Shown one piece after another: positions 39,281 to 51,549 of a stretch of DNA of 64,000 nucleotides. The stretch covers positions 55,552,001-55,616,000 of the forward strand of contig OZ360226.1 in the NCBI GenBank assembly GCA_977017645.1, written 5' to 3'. Made by a program: the position numbers and the translations under genes. This DNA comes from Torpedo marmorata. Its lineage: Eukaryota. The notes beneath the pieces are model-generated. The model was not told where the DNA came from. It searched no databases and worked only from the letters and a program-made list of their open reading frames with translations. Each line of letters opens with the position of its first letter. Position 1 is the first letter of the stretch.

Positions 39281-41805
39281 CAGTGCCCTCAATAATGTTT
39301 GGGACAAAGTCACTTTTTTCCTTTATTTGCCCCTGTGCTCCACAGTTTTAAATTTGTAATCAAACCATTCACATGTGATTAAAGTGCACATTCCAAATTT
39401 TATTCAAGGTTATTTGTATACATTTTGGTTTGACTATGTAGAAATTACAGCACTTTTTATACATAGTTCCCCCATTTCAGGGCACCATAATGTTTGGGAC
39501 ATTTGGCTTTACAGGTGTTTGTGAATACTCAGGTATGTTCAATTGCTTCATTTGTGCAGGTGCAGTATAAGAGAGCTAGGCTTGCTTCTAAGCTTTTGAT
39601 CACCTTTGGAGTCACAATGGCGGCGCTGCCGGAGCCGCTGTAGCGGCAGCGCTGCCGCTGGTGCAGACCCGCGGGGAGCGAGGGAGTGGAGATGCAGTGC
39701 TCCCGCGGGGTCCAGCTGCCCAGTCGACTGCTGTCAGCTCCGCACGGGCTTTAAACGGCCCGTTGAGGGAGCCGACGGTGGTTTTATTTATGATCCCGTG
39801 ACTGCGGGGTCTGCGCCCAAGATGGCCGCGCCTATTATCGGCAGCAGCCACAAGGGGTTGCAGACTCCGGGGAAGTGGAGGACTGGAGCAGGGCACCAGA
39901 GGATGGGAAAATCACCCCCCCCCCACCCCGCTCTGAGAAGGAGAAACGAAAGATATGACCCACAGGACGGTGACCACGACGGCGGACCAGTGAGGGGCTC
40001 TGAGGCTGAGGGACCAGTGCACGCGGCGGGCTGCTGGCGACTCGAAGCGAGTAACCCGCGGAAACTGTGGGCTGCTGGAGACTGCTGTCGGGAGACTTGC
40101 GCCGGGCTAGAGACTGGCTCGAAGTGGCTGGAGGAATACCAGGTATCGGAACCGGGATGCGAGGGGGTGCCGAGGGCGCCGAATGGTTCCTGACCGTGTC
40201 GGAGGTTCGGATCTGGAGCTCGTGTTGCTGATGGTTTTGACTGGAATCTGTGTGGCTGCGGAGGCTGCGGAAGTGCATCTACGGACACTCAGTGACTCTG
40301 GGGGGACTCCCTTTTGCTTTTCTTTCTCTGACTGTAAGTCTGACTGTAAGGAATGTTAGAGGCATTTAGGCAATTTTTTCTGGTGGCGAATCTGTCTGCC
40401 TTGCAGCAGGAAAAAAGAAATTTCATGTAATATGACACTGTCTTATTACTATGATAATAAATTGAATCTTGAATCTTGTAGTTGCCATGTTTCAACATGA
40501 GGACCAGAGTTGAGCCAATAAAAGTCAAAGAAGCCATTTTGAGGCTGAAAAACAAGAATAAAACAGTAAGAGATATTGCCCAAACTTTAGGATTAGCAAA
40601 ATCAACTGTTTGGAACATCATTAAGAAGAAAGAGCGTACTGGTGAGCTCAGTAATCACAAAGAGAATGGTAAGCAAGGAAGACTTCCACTGCTGATGACA
40701 GAAGAATTCTCATCATAATGAAGAAAAATCCCCAAATGCCCGTCTGACAGATCAGAAACACTCTTCAAGAGGCAGATGTCGATGTGTCAATGACTACTCT
40801 TCGCAGAAGACTTCATGAACAGAAATACAGAGGCTACACTGCAAGATGCAACCACTGGTGAGCCATAAAAACAGGATGGCCAGATTACAGTTTGCCAAGA
40901 AGCATTTTAAAGAGCCTATAGAATTCTGGAAAAAATGTCTTGTGGACAGATGAGACAACGATTAACCTGTATCTGAGTGATGGCAAGAGCCAAGTGTGGA
41001 GGCGTAAAGGAACTGCTCAAGATCCAAAGCATCCCACCTCATCTGTGAAACATGGTGGTGGGGGTGTTATAGCCTCGGCATGTATGGCTGCCACAGGTAC
41101 TGGCTCACTTATCCTCATTGATTTAACTGCTGATGGCAGTAGCAAAATGAATTCTGAGGTGTATAGAAACATCTTATCTGCTCAAGTTCGAGCAAATACT
41201 TCCAAATGCATTGGACGGTACTTCATCCCACAGCAAGTCAATGATATCAAACATATTTCTAAAGCCACAAAGGAGTTTTTCAAAGCTAAAAACTCGAAAA
41301 TGCTTGAATGGCCAAGTCATTCAATTGAAAATTCAATTGAGCATGCATTCCATATGCTGAAGAGAAAACTTAAGGGGACAAGCCCCCGAAACAAGCAGTA
41401 GCTGAAGATGGCTGCAGTAGAGGCCTGGTAGAGCATCATCAGAGAAGATACTCAGCACCTGGTTATGTCAATGAATCATAGACTCAAGCAGTCATTGCAT
41501 GCAATGGATATGCAACAAAGTATTAAACATGACTACTTTAAGTTGCATACCATTGCTATTACAGATTTTCGTGTTTTACTTATATTATGGTTGAAGTATG
41601 GTTACCTGAAATGAGGGTACCATGTACCAAAAGTACTGTATTTTCTGCATGGTCAAACCAAAATGTACACATATACCCTTTAATGAAATGTGGAATGTGC
41701 ATTTTAATCACATGTGAATTGTTTGATTATAAATTTAAAACCGTGGAGGACAGGTGCAAATAAATGAAAAAAGTGTCTTTGTCCCAAATATTAAAAAGGA
41801 CACTG
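39281..41805 (+). mobile_element. Tc1/mariner transposon (long IR/DR-type TIRs), transposase decayed
   Basis: TA|CAGTG...CACTG|TA ends and ~200-bp TIRs. HTH RDIAQTLGLAKSTVWNII (40482-40718). WTDET, VKHGGG and EWPSHS motifs (40940-41401). Confidence 0.93.
39617..40477 (+). mobile_element. GC-rich non-coding retroposon with a Rex1-like 3' tail (copy 1), inserted in Tc1
   Basis: Colinear with 53821-54673 and 58027-58660. Ends with aataaa(ttgaatc)n. Confidence 0.85.
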
Positions 41806-41869
41806 TATATCCCTTCATTCTTCACCACAAGTTACTTTCTGATCTAGCTCCTTATCTGGTTCCAATACA

Positions 41870-42150
41870 CTCAGTGTCTTCATCTAAATAATTGACATTC
41901 ACTTGTTACAGCAAGCCAACCTCAGAATAACCCATTCATTCCGACCCCGTGTTTTCTGTTAGTTTGACTGTCCTCTGTCCACATGAATATTTTACTCTCA
42001 ACGCATTTTGCATGGCAACTTGTTGATACCTTTTGGAAATTTAACATACTGTGTCTACTTATTCCCCTTTATTGATCATTATTCTTCAAAGAACTCTAAC
42101 AAATGTATCAAAATGCATTTCCCTTCCTTATATCCATGTTGACCTGTTTA
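41870..42150 (-). mobile_element. Old CR1 remnant
   Basis: Degenerate minus-strand QHG...NLLEFFE...FQK RT-like sequence. Confidence 0.45.
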
Positions 42151-42878
42151 GTTTTCCTCAGATCTTATAGTGATGTTAATCGAATATTAACTTGAAAATT
42201 AAGATTTTTTTTTAAATAATAGGAATGCTAAGGACAACATGCTCTTTGTCAACGTAAATGGTGGAATTGTGTGAATCAACCATCAAGTCATATTTACAAG
42301 TTGTGATATATTTTTAATCTTCAGCTTCTCGGCCAGGTTACATTACACTAATAATACAATATTCCAATAGCATGTGCCCTAATATTGTTTGCTTCCTTAG
42401 TTATAAGATGGAAAGAAGCAAATAATGAAACAGAAACAATGACAGATGATTGATTCTGTTTTGTATTGGTCGCTGATATATTAATATATTTTAGTTACTG
42501 GATATTTAGTTAGATCATGGAATCTCTTTTATTAAAAAAGCAAACAAATATCAACCATTGGCTGGGGAAAGAAATGAGGTTGATTCTTCTATTATCTTTC
42601 ATCTGAACTGTAAAATGCAAAGTATTGCAGGTTCAAAGCAAGTACAGACACAGAGAAACAAACTAGAAAGCATGAAATAAAAATGTAGGAAGTGAAAATG
42701 AAAATACGAAGGAGAAGATAAAGAATATAATGCAGAGAAGAAAGAATTATATTGACTAATACAAAAAATTCTCTTCTTGCACCATCCATAGTCACAAAAG
42801 AGTTAAATAATTTTAAATGTTATCATTGCTGAAATTAGTAGTTGACGCCTGGCTTAAATAGGAATCGCTCATATAATA

Positions 42879-43107
42879 AAAAAACACAAATGCTGGAGAA
42901 ACTCAGCAGGTCAAACAGTGTATTTTATGTAGCAAAGGTAGAAATACATAACCGACGTTTCGGGCTTGAGCCTTTCATCAAAGCCCGAAACGTCGGTTAT
43001 GTATTTCTACCTTTGCTACATAAAAGACACTGTTTGACCTGTTGAGTTTCTCCAGCATTTGTGTTTTTTACTTCAACCACGGTGTCTACAGATTTTCGTG
43101 TTTTACT
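42879..43107. mobile_element. Palindromic Penelope 3'-end insertion
   Basis: 88-bp arms (42880-42967 and 42981-43068) with 2 mismatches. TSD tcgct(c/t)atataat at 42865-42877 and 43108-43120. Matches the 3' end of the 50372 Penelope. Confidence 0.88.
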
Positions 43108-43524
43108 TCGCTTATATAATAGGTTGGGGTTAGAATTTAGATTAGTTGCAGATTTTTAAAAAAATGTTATCATTGTTAGATAGGCAAACATGGCAGTACA
43201 ACAGTATCTGCTATGGAGAAATTGGACAAATAATCAGTTTATCTGTTCTTGTCATGTTGATTGAGAGTAGAATGTTAGCCGTTGCAGCTCCCTACATGTC
43301 TTCATATTACATCACAGATCTTTGACAGTCACCTGAAATGATGGATTGGACATCAATGTAATGTTTCCTTTGAAGGTCAGTCTCTACATGAAAGTAATAC
43401 TTTGTCTTAAAACATTGTGGCGAATCCTGGAAAAGACCTTGAATCTATAAGCTTCAGAACAAGCAAGTGTCCATTCAACAAATATATCTGAAGAATACAG
43501 TGCTTTAGCAATCCTTCCTCTTTT

Positions 43525-43778
43525 AAAGGTAAAGGTAAAAAAAAAAGGTAAAGGTTCCATTATTGTCACGTAATACTACATTTAGAATGTAACATTCATG
43601 AAATTCTTTAATTTTTGTCTACCGTAAGGCAGACAGAGGGTCGCTACTTTGTCCAGCGCCCCTCACAGAAACCTACAGCACCTGGTGTTCTTTGGTGGTC
43701 TCCCCTCCAAGTACTGACCAGTCCTGTGCCTGCTTAGCTTCTGAGATCAGACAATCCCAGTCGTATTCAGGCTATTGG
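43525..43778 (-). mobile_element. 5S rRNA-derived SINE (SINE3) with a Rex1-like tail
   Basis: 43669-43778 is 5S-like (gtctgatctcagaagctaagcagg...agtacttggaggggagacc...ggtgctgtaggttt), followed by a 3' tail and (acctt/ttacc)n repeats. Confidence 0.85.
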
Positions 43779-44609
43779 TGCTGAAGTGAAGGGAATAAGA
43801 TGAAGACATGAAAAGAAATTCAAGAACTGGAGCAAGATACAAAAAAACTGACATATAAAAGCAAAAGAAAAAAATGTCACTTTCTTGAAAAAATACAAAA
43901 ATGTTTTTTCTGACTCCACTAGGTAGTCAAAGGGAAGTTCAACTGTGGGGTTGAAGTGGGAGTTGGGTATGTTACTGACAGGAAAGTACTTCTTCAGCTG
44001 TAGAGAGGTAACAGGGAATGGGACTTACTACATCATACTGACATGAAGCCTGCATGGACATGTTGAACCACATGGTCTGTCCATGCCATAAGGTTTCTGT
44101 GGTTTTGTGAACAGCACAATAAGAACTGCATCGGATACCCCTAAAATTGAAAGGATTTAAAAATGTTTCCCAACCTGCCATACATTTCAACAAAAGCTGC
44201 CGCCTGGTGTGTCTGACAGGCTCAATTATTGCCTCAGTTTGCAACATACCTAATGGCATTACTTTGTGTAAAATCTTTAGTGCTGTAAATCAGTGGTACA
44301 CTTGACATTGTGACTTGTTAATTAATCTTGTTAGACTCTCTGATTGCTTTACTTTATTGTCTCTCATGGAAAGAGCCATGGAATAGACCTTTCACCAGTT
44401 TTGCCCTGCATTACACAACATACTTTGTATTTCGAGTTTAAGTTCAAGATTTGACAGGCTTCAGAATAAGGATATCGAACTGCTGAGTAATGTTAATTTT
44501 AACAAGATTATGCAAGTTGTAACTGTTGCCTTAGGCAAAATAAGGACATTGTTATTAGGATACCTTTGATGAATAATGCATTTTAACTCTGAGATCTACA
44601 GTGGCAGAT

Positions 44610-45805
44610 TCGGTACGACAATAACACCATCTAAAAATTTGCCGACGATACTACAGTAGTGGGTTGTATAAATGATACGCCCATCAATAACTCCAGAAGA
44701 CTGGAAGTTGCATAAGAACTGAAAGGCTTTTATTAGTTACAGAATGGAGCTACATTCGAGCTGATGATCTGTCCCGGACTGGGGGAGGAGTTGTGGCACT
44801 ATGGCCTTTATTCAAGGGGGTTTGTGGGAGAAGCCACCGGGACAGTCAGCAGGGCATGTCCAAACCTATCACCAGCCCACAATACATATACAGTGGTTTA
44901 CCACAATAAAGGAAGGGGATGAGTCAACATACAGGATGGAGATTGAAAACTTGGCTGAATGGTGCACCAACAACAACCTTGCACTCAATGTCACCAAAAC
45001 TAAGGAGCTGATTATTGACTTCAGGAAAGGAAAGCCAGAGGTATACAATCCAGTGATCATTGGGGGATCAGAGGTGGAGAGGGTGAACAAATTTAAGTTC
45101 TTGGGAATCAATATCTCGGAGGATCTTTCCTGGACCCAACACACCAATGGCATTGTGAAGAAAGCACGTCAGCACCTCTACTTCCTCAGGAGTTTGCGAA
45201 GGTTTGGTATGACACCAGAAACCCTGGCAAATTTCTACAGAGGTGTGGTGGAAAGTGTGCTGACCGGCTGCATCACGGTCTGGTATGGGAACACCAATAC
45301 CCCTTAGCGTAAAGCCCTCCAAAAGGTAGTGGACACAGCCCAGGACATCACAGGCAAAATCTTCTCCACTATTGAGTACATCTACAGGGAACGCTGCCGT
45401 CGGAGGGCAGCAGCAATCATCAAAGACCCACACCACCCAGCACACGCTCTGTTCTCACTGCTGCCATCAGGAAAGAGGTATAGGTGCCACAAGACTCGCA
45501 CCACCAGGTTCAGGAATGCTACCCCTCCACCATCAGACTCCTCAATGACAAACTCAATCAGAGACTCATTTAAGGACTCTTGTTCACTTTATTGATTTTC
45601 TTTTGTTCTCTCTGCATTGCACAGTCAGTTTGTTTACATTTGTTATCTGTTTACAGTTCTTTTATTTGTTTACATGTTCACGCTGTGTACAGTTTATTTT
45701 TTGCACTACCAATTAGTGGTAATTCTGCTGTGCCTGCAGGAAAAAGGAATCTCAGGGTTGTATGTGATGTCATGTATGTACTCTGACAATAAATCTGAAA
45801 TCTGA
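44610..45805 (+). mobile_element. Rex1 5'-truncated copy interrupted by a solo LTR
   Basis: [11 protein letters not shown] at ~44638-44670 continues as KEGDES after ~44908. Same 3' UTR as the 35553 copy. Confidence 0.9.
44673..44905 (-). mobile_element. 233-bp solo LTR (Gypsy-like)
   Basis: TG..CA ends, perfect 5-bp TSD ataaa (44668-44672 and 44906-44910) and a minus-strand AATAAA. Confidence 0.85.
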
Positions 45806-46195
45806 GATTCCTGTGGTAGTGAGGAATAAGTTTCCAGTGACCTCTGAATTTGGTAGTTGGTGAGGACTGTTGTAAAAGTGGCAGTGGACACGTTGTAAAA
45901 TGCAATCTATTGACTTCCATATTTAACCTCCGCATTATTAGGATTTGTGTGAGTAACCCCTCGGGAAGTGACAAGTTGTCAATGTTGTGATCTGTAAGTG
46001 AGTTCGGTGAGGAATAACGTGCTGAATTGGGTGCACGGGGCGTGTGAGTGAAGTATCTGCATTGTTCACTTGTATTGCTGCAAAGTTCTCCTTCAGTTAT
46101 GCAGCAGCATCACAATGCCTCATGCACATCTGTGTCTCATTTTCCTTGCAGTTGGCACTATGCCTGGTTAATAGTTAGCACAACAGTTCTTATTT

Positions 46196-46447
46196 ATTTA
46201 TTTAGACATACAGCACGATAACAGGCCATTTCAGCCCAGGAGCCCGTGCTGCCCAATTACACCCAATTGTCCTACAACCCGCAGTACATTTCGAACGGTG
46301 GGAGGAATCCGGAGCCTCTGGAGGAAACCCACGCAGACACGGGGAGCACATACAAGCGTCTTACAGACAGCATGGGATTTGAACCCCGATCCCGATCGCT
46401 GGCGCTGTAACAGCGTTGCGCTAACCGCTATGCTAATCATGCCACCC
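46196..46447 (-). mobile_element. tRNA-derived V-SINE
   Basis: Reverse complement aligns with 56208-56460. Confidence 0.85.
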
Positions 46448-47136
46448 CATAACTGACCAGAACAGCAAATAAGGGGCTTCGTACTTGGAGATCATCTGTG
46501 TCGCTGGCCCCTGACACCTCTCCAGCACACACATTTGCTGACAGAAATTAAATCCAATTCAAATCCAGGGCGACAAAAGCCATTGCTTCAGAGGTTGGAT
46601 AGCAGTCCAACGCCATGGAAAACGAGCTCAGTTTCCTGCATTGTGTGGCTTCTGTTGCAAGAATTTGCAGTGCAGCAGCAACAGAAAGTGGGCTCTGCAG
46701 TATTAATCTGACTCACTTATGTCATCGACTGATTCCCCGACCACATTGTACCACACTTCTACCACAACCCAACCTCCCAAACCCCACCCCTACCCTTGCA
46801 TTAATGGCGCTAGCCAACGTCATTACACCAGTCCTTTAATCCAAAAAAAAAGTAGATTTAATAATATTGATATGCATTCATATTTTTCCTAGAACCTTTT
46901 GGACCATCTAATGTTTATCATGGTTGAAAATAACAAATACCAACAAAAGCAGATGATCATTTTATCTGTCACTAATGTTTATGAAAGCTGGTGTATGGGA
47001 GAAGGACTTGTGAACATTCTGACAAATGAATGTAAACATTGCATATCCATTTACTTTTTCTCCATTCAAATTGAAGCAGAATTTTAATTTCAGTAATATT
47101 GGGCAATATTGCAGATAATGTCCTTGGGGAACACAA

Positions 47137-47400
47137 TGGCATAGGCAGTCGATCAGCTGTCTCTCAATGTCACAGCTGGGTTTAATTCTGACCTGCGTGC
47201 TGTCTGTTTGGAGTTTGCACGTTCTCCCTGTAACTTTTCCTCCCACATCTCAAACATGAGGGAATTGGTAGGTCATTTGGCCAGTATAAAATTGCCCATC
47301 AGGGGGAGATGAGTCGAAGAATCTGAGTGAAATTTATGAAAATTGGATTGATGGTCATGCAGACTCGATGGCCAAATGACCTCTTTCCAGCTGCATCTCT
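47137..47400 (+). mobile_element. Old V-SINE
   Basis: V domain ctgtctgtttggagtttgcacgttctccctg. Confidence 0.65.
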
Positions 47401-48589
47401 CTGTGGCTGTACAACACAATATCTTGCAATTCCTCTTTGTATTAATTGTTGCATTAATGACAATACTTACATTTAAAAAGAAGCCTCCAAGTAGGATGTT
47501 ATGTTATTTCAAAAATGCTGCATGAAATTATTGGAAAAACAGAAATCATCACACATTTTGGATTCAAACTGTACAAACAATCTTTTTAAAAGGAGATAGT
47601 TTTTTTTGTCCCAGCCACACACAATAAGATTTCAAATGCAGGATAAATGAGCTGTCATAAGACATAGATTTCTGCATATTGTTAGATATTGAGGTGTGTT
47701 TTTAACATCCATTGTTATCCCCTTTTTATCTCATACTTTTACACTTCATTCCACATTAATTGTATCCTCAGAGTCCTGATAATATTTTCCTGCATTTTTA
47801 CTTCTGTTCAGTGGTCTGTAACTTTGATATTTATACTTCTGCACTGAGCTGCACCATTTTCATTAATATGTTTTCTTATTTAGTAGTTTATAAAGCAACA
47901 ATTCAGCCCCTCCTGATTGCCCACTTTTCAGTTAAACTAAGGTTGACTTGCATCTAAACTTTACGGATCATGATCCTATAACCTTTAATGAGCTCACATA
48001 ATTGTTTACTCAGAGCTATCATTAGGCTGATAAGAAGAAATGATTGGATTGTCATTTCTGTTTCTCTGGAAGCTGTTGTTTCTGATTCCTTAATACCATA
48101 AGTTGGAAGGCAGTGGGGAAGAGATCAAAGGGCAGCTGAGTGAATTGAGCTGCCATCGAAGTTTGGTGAGTTTGATTAAGGCATGATTGGAAAATCACTG
48201 AGCCAATCACAGGAATTTAAAGGAAATTGGAGGACATCCTGGGACAGCTTAGACTAATTTCCAATATGTTGCTTCAAAACAATTGTTAGATTGAAAACAA
48301 TGTTTTCTGATGCACGTCTGACTTTTAAAAAAAAAATGCATGTGTACAACGCTCACTGGGAAATGTCCAGTCAAGTGATGGAAACAAACCAAACCATCAT
48401 ATTTCATTTCCTAGATTAGTGCATTTTCAATTGTACAGAATTGAAATAAATAGTGCCACAATGTTTATTTTCTAGGTTTATTTATTTTCTTAATTACCAA
48501 TTTCCTTGGCTATATGTGTTGGAATGTTGTTAAATTATACTTAAAATGAGTATTTCATAATCTTGACTTATAACTAACTGCACGGCTAG

Positions 48590-50363
48590 CAGGGCTGGCA
48601 CTACCATTAGGTCAACTAGGCAGCCGCCTAGGGCGCAGACCTCAGAGGGGCGCTGGCTAGGAAGGGGGAGCTGCTGACCCACCTGCAGAACCTCATCAAG
48701 GCCGAGCCCAGGAGCCGGCTGACCACCCCGTGCGCCAGCTCGCCATGACCGCCTATACCTTCCTGCTCAGGCTGGGGCCCCCACTCAACAAGTCCTACGT
48801 CACCGAGCTCATCAAGATTGCCCGGACAGCATGGTGGGTCTGCAGGCCGGGGCGAGCGGGCTGGAGGCAGCGGAGGAGAAGGCCGGGGACGCCGCATATC
48901 AGGAGACCCACTCCACTCTCCAGGGCCTGCTAAGCGAGATCCTCCTCCGAGAGCCGAGCCCTGACGAGCTCCAGGCCATCTTCAAGCACATCGAGGGCTG
49001 GGTTGTCTCCCCCAAGGAGCAGGAGTGGGCTATATAAGTCATCCGCAGGCTGCTGGCACTCTACCTGGAGAAGGCGAGCGGCCGGTGTCAGGCGGAGTTC
49101 GGACACGAGGGCCCCATGGTGGGCCGACTGGCTCCGTGCCTCGCCAACCCGGCGCCGGCTAGCATCAGCGCCCTCTTCCACATCCAGCTGCGCTGCCGGG
49201 GCGTGTCCGAGGGCCGGCCCGATGAGCTGGTGGAGCACCTGAAAGCCGCCGGCACCTGGCTCCGCCGCCCCACTCCTCCTGCAGCTCTGCTCCGAGCTGG
49301 CGAAAGCTGCGTGCAGGCACATCCCTCGCCAGCAGATCGGCCCTCTCCTCTTCACTCTCTTCGAGGGGCTGGACGACCACTACCCCGGCTGCTCCAGAGC
49401 TGCGTCCACCATCATAAACCCCGTCGTCCCGTCCTGCGGCTCCGCTCTCCGGGGCCAGGTCTTAGACATTCTCAAGGCACTGCCCGTGTACCTGCAGTGG
49501 ACGGCGGGAGAGCAGGTCAGACTCTCCATCATCCACTTCATCTCCGTGCAGGCTACACACAACACAGCCGAGGCGGTCTCCTGCCTCCTCTTCTCACCGC
49601 TGCCCTTTGACGCCAACACCCGCCACATCTGGCACTCGCTGGCTGGCGACACTGGCATGGCCACGGCCGTCATCCACCTGCTGCTCAACACCTTGGACGA
49701 GCGCTTGTGCCTGGAGCCGGAGGCCGGAGCCCCGCCACGCCGCGGTGCTGGCGTCTGCCTGGCCCTGGAGCCCCTGAGCGTTATCTGCGCCCTGAAGGAG
49801 ATGCTGTCGAACCGGGAGTGTACCGCGGCCGTCAGCAGCCTTTACCTACGGCTCTTCTGCGCTCTGCTGCTGAAGCTCGGCGCCAGCGCCAGGGCACACC
49901 CCGAGGCGTGCACGGTGTCGCCCGACGCCCGATGCTGCTTGGCAGAGGTGCTGCGGACGCTCCTGGGCACCGGCAGTGGTGGCGTCCCGCTTGCACGAAG
50001 CGGGGGGCTGGTCCGCCCTGATGGACCCCGAGCGCCACCATGAGGGGGTGGCCGCTCTGGCCGTGGCCTCACATGCCGGAGCCCACCTGACCATGATCAT
50101 CCACCTCGTTTCCTGCCTCCTGCCCCGCTTGGCTGCCGACTCCGAGCAGCCGATGCTGGCTGCCTTTCTGGCCGTGCCCCCGGGCCACCCTGTCGCCTCC
50201 GACCTCCACCTGACCGACGCACTAGTCGAGAGCCTCCTATACGGCGCACGTTGAACATCACATCAGGTATTGCACCAACCGCTCAGCCCGGTCAGCACCG
50301 CCCCCCCCCCACACCCCGTGCTCAGCCCGGCCTAGGGCGCAAAATAGTCTGGCACTGGCCCTG
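48590..50363. mobile_element. Non-autonomous hAT-type DNA transposon carrying MROH1-like cargo
   Basis: Perfect 8-bp TSD acggctag (48582-48589 and 50364-50371). Termini CAGGGC...GCCCTG. Subterminal gcctagggcgc near both ends. No transposase. Confidence 0.88.
48655..50254 (+). pseudogene. MROH1: Intronless, frameshifted MROH1 (maestro HEAT-like repeat)-like fragment
   Basis: RKGELLTHLQNLIKAEP, PVRQLAMTAYTFL, LQAIFKHIEGWVVSPKEQE, AVSCLLFSPLPFDANTRHIWHSLA, PLSVICALKEML..LYLRLFCALLL and GGWSALM..HHEGVAALA occur in the order I recall for MROH1. Confidence 0.82.
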
Positions 50364-50371
50364 ACGGCTAG

Positions 50372-51453
50372 GTCTTCCAATGCAGATCATCTGAAATGTC
50401 CGCCTTCTTCCACAAACATGACTTCCCCTCCATCACCATCAATTCAGCACACACCCACATCTCCTCAATTTCCCGCTCATCAGCCCTGGCCCCCTCTGCC
50501 CCCAGACGCAACAAACACAGGATTCCGCTTGTCCTTACCTACCACCCCACCAGCCTCCGCATCCAACACATTATCCTTCATAATTTCCAGCACTTACAAC
50601 ATAATTCCACTACCAGACACATCTTCCCCTCTATGCCTTCTGTAGGGACCGCTCCCGCTGTGACTCCCTCATGCACTCATCCCTCCCATTCAGTCGTCGT
50701 CCCCCCAGGTGGCCGCAGGAAGTGCAACACTTGCGCCCACACCTCTTCCCTCACCACAGTTCGGGGCCCCAAACAGGCCTTTCAAGTGAAGCAACACTTC
50801 ACTTGTATCCACGGGAGTGATTTACTGCATCCAATGCACCCTTTGTGGCCTTCTCTATATTGGAGAGACTGGGCGCAGACTGGGAGATCGCTTCGCTGAT
50901 TACCTTCGCTCTGTCCGCACCAGTGACAGGGATCTCCCAGTGGCCAACCATTTCAATTCTGCGTCCCACTCCAATACTCACATGTCTGTCCATGGCCTCA
51001 TGTACTATCTCACCAAGACCACCTGTAAATTGGACAAACAACACTTGATTTTCTGTCTGGGCACTCTCCAGTGGAGGGCATTAACATCGACTTCTCCAGT
51101 TTCTGCTCACCTACTCTCCATTCTCCTTCCCTTTACCTTGTCTTCTTTCCCTCAGCTCTTCACCCCCTTCCCTCTCTATTCACCGAGCCATCCCCCCCTG
51201 CTTGCTGCTGTGCCTTGCTCCCTTCTTCACCTATTACCTCCTGCCTTTGGGACCGCGCTCCTTCCCCCACCATTCCCCACCTTACCTTTTTGTTTGAACG
51301 CCTGCCAACATTTTCCCATACATTGATGAAGGGTTCAAGCCCGAAACGTTGGTTATGTATCTTTATTTTTGCTATATAAAGTACACTGTTTGACCTGCTG
51401 AGTTTCTCCAGCATTGTGTTTTTACTTTAACCACAGTGTCTGCAGATTTTGTG
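50372..51453 (+). mobile_element. Penelope-like element, 5'-truncated (RT C-terminus + GIY-YIG endonuclease + 3' end)
   Basis: RIPLVLTYHP, IYCIQCTLCGLLYIGETGRRLGDRF and PVANHFN. Hammerhead-like tgatgaagggttcaagcccgaaacg at ~51324. Confidence 0.92.
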
Positions 51454-51549
51454 CAAGGCTATTAATGGATTAGACATAGAATGGAACATAAATGTCAAAT
51501 AGTTGGATTGCCAATTTATGTATTGCTTCAGAAGGATAAGCTGCTCAGT

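Noticed and set aside
39606-40288. ORFs in the GC-rich repeat, also at 53934-54548 and 57880-58593
   Set aside because: They are open in several frames because of high GC content, starts and frames differ between copies, and no domain is recognisable.
43669-43778. Functional 5S rRNA gene
   Set aside because: It is 5'-incomplete, diverged, not in a tandem array and fused to a retroposon tail, so it is a SINE head.
48655-50254. Functional host MROH1 gene
   Set aside because: It is an internal fragment with frameshifts and stops, no splice structure, and is bounded by TIRs and a TSD.
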